In this document: positions 63,857-64,000 of the stretch, piece after piece
Numbering within the stretch: the first letter of the stretch is position 1
Layout of the letters: every line of letters starts with the position of its first letter
IMG/VR virus record: IMGVR_UViG_3300027499_000006
Location: 10,950-74,949 of that record
From: a virus
Length of the DNA stretch: 64,000 nucleotides
Strand: one strand, 5' to 3'
The notes under the pieces: model-generated
The model's input: the letters and a program-made list of their open reading frames with translations, nothing else
Database searches by the model: none
What the model was told of the DNA's origin: nothing
Position numbers and translations under genes: made by a program

Positions 63857-64000
63857 AGGACAATGTACTCTCTGCGGGGACATCATGGAATCCAAGCACC
63901 GTCACGATTTTGTGAAGTGCAAGTGTGGTGAGTCTTTCCTAGATGGAGGAGACGACTACTGGCGCAGAACAATGACGACAGTTATGATTGACGAAACGAC
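63849..64000 (+). CDS. Zinc-binding small phage protein (3'-truncated)
   Basis: MSRGQCTLCGDIMESKHRHDFVKCKCGESFLDGGDDY; runs off the window. Confidence 0.65.
   Translation, partial: MSRGQCTLCGDIMESKHRHDFVKCKCGESFLDGGDDYWRRTMTTVMIDET

Overview
A 64-kb segment of a large tailed dsDNA phage (siphovirus-like), almost certainly infecting an actinobacterium. It encodes WhiB, an actinophage-type head module, an actinophage-type holin and a Pol I/RuvC/Cas4/primase set; the moderate GC would fit a low-GC freshwater actinobacterial host (inference). Order: head genes (5'-truncated giant polyvalent protein with two GNAT-like modules; 1997-aa prohead-protease polyprotein with a fused Dps domain; scaffold-fused major capsid protein plus a probable second capsid protein). 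Then neck/tail genes (major tail protein, adaptor, -1 frameshift chaperone, tape measure, Dit, Tal) and about 14 kb of collagen-like, Gly-rich and His-rich fibre genes followed by a GT2-TPR glycosyltransferase. Then a replication/recombination module, an inverted three-gene cassette, primase-helicase, holin, small ORFs and a candidate structured ncRNA. Most striking: (1) a 'Russian-doll' nested beta-domain stalk, complete within Tal (6 N-halves then 6 C-halves) but split across two genes in Dit (7 N-halves plus 2 C-halves in one ORF; 5 C-halves plus the Dit C-terminus at the end of the next ORF); (2) an intact Dps ferroxidase domain in the capsid-maturation polyprotein, whose domains are separated by a recurring putative cleavage motif. 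All family assignments are from motif recognition by eye; no database search was run.
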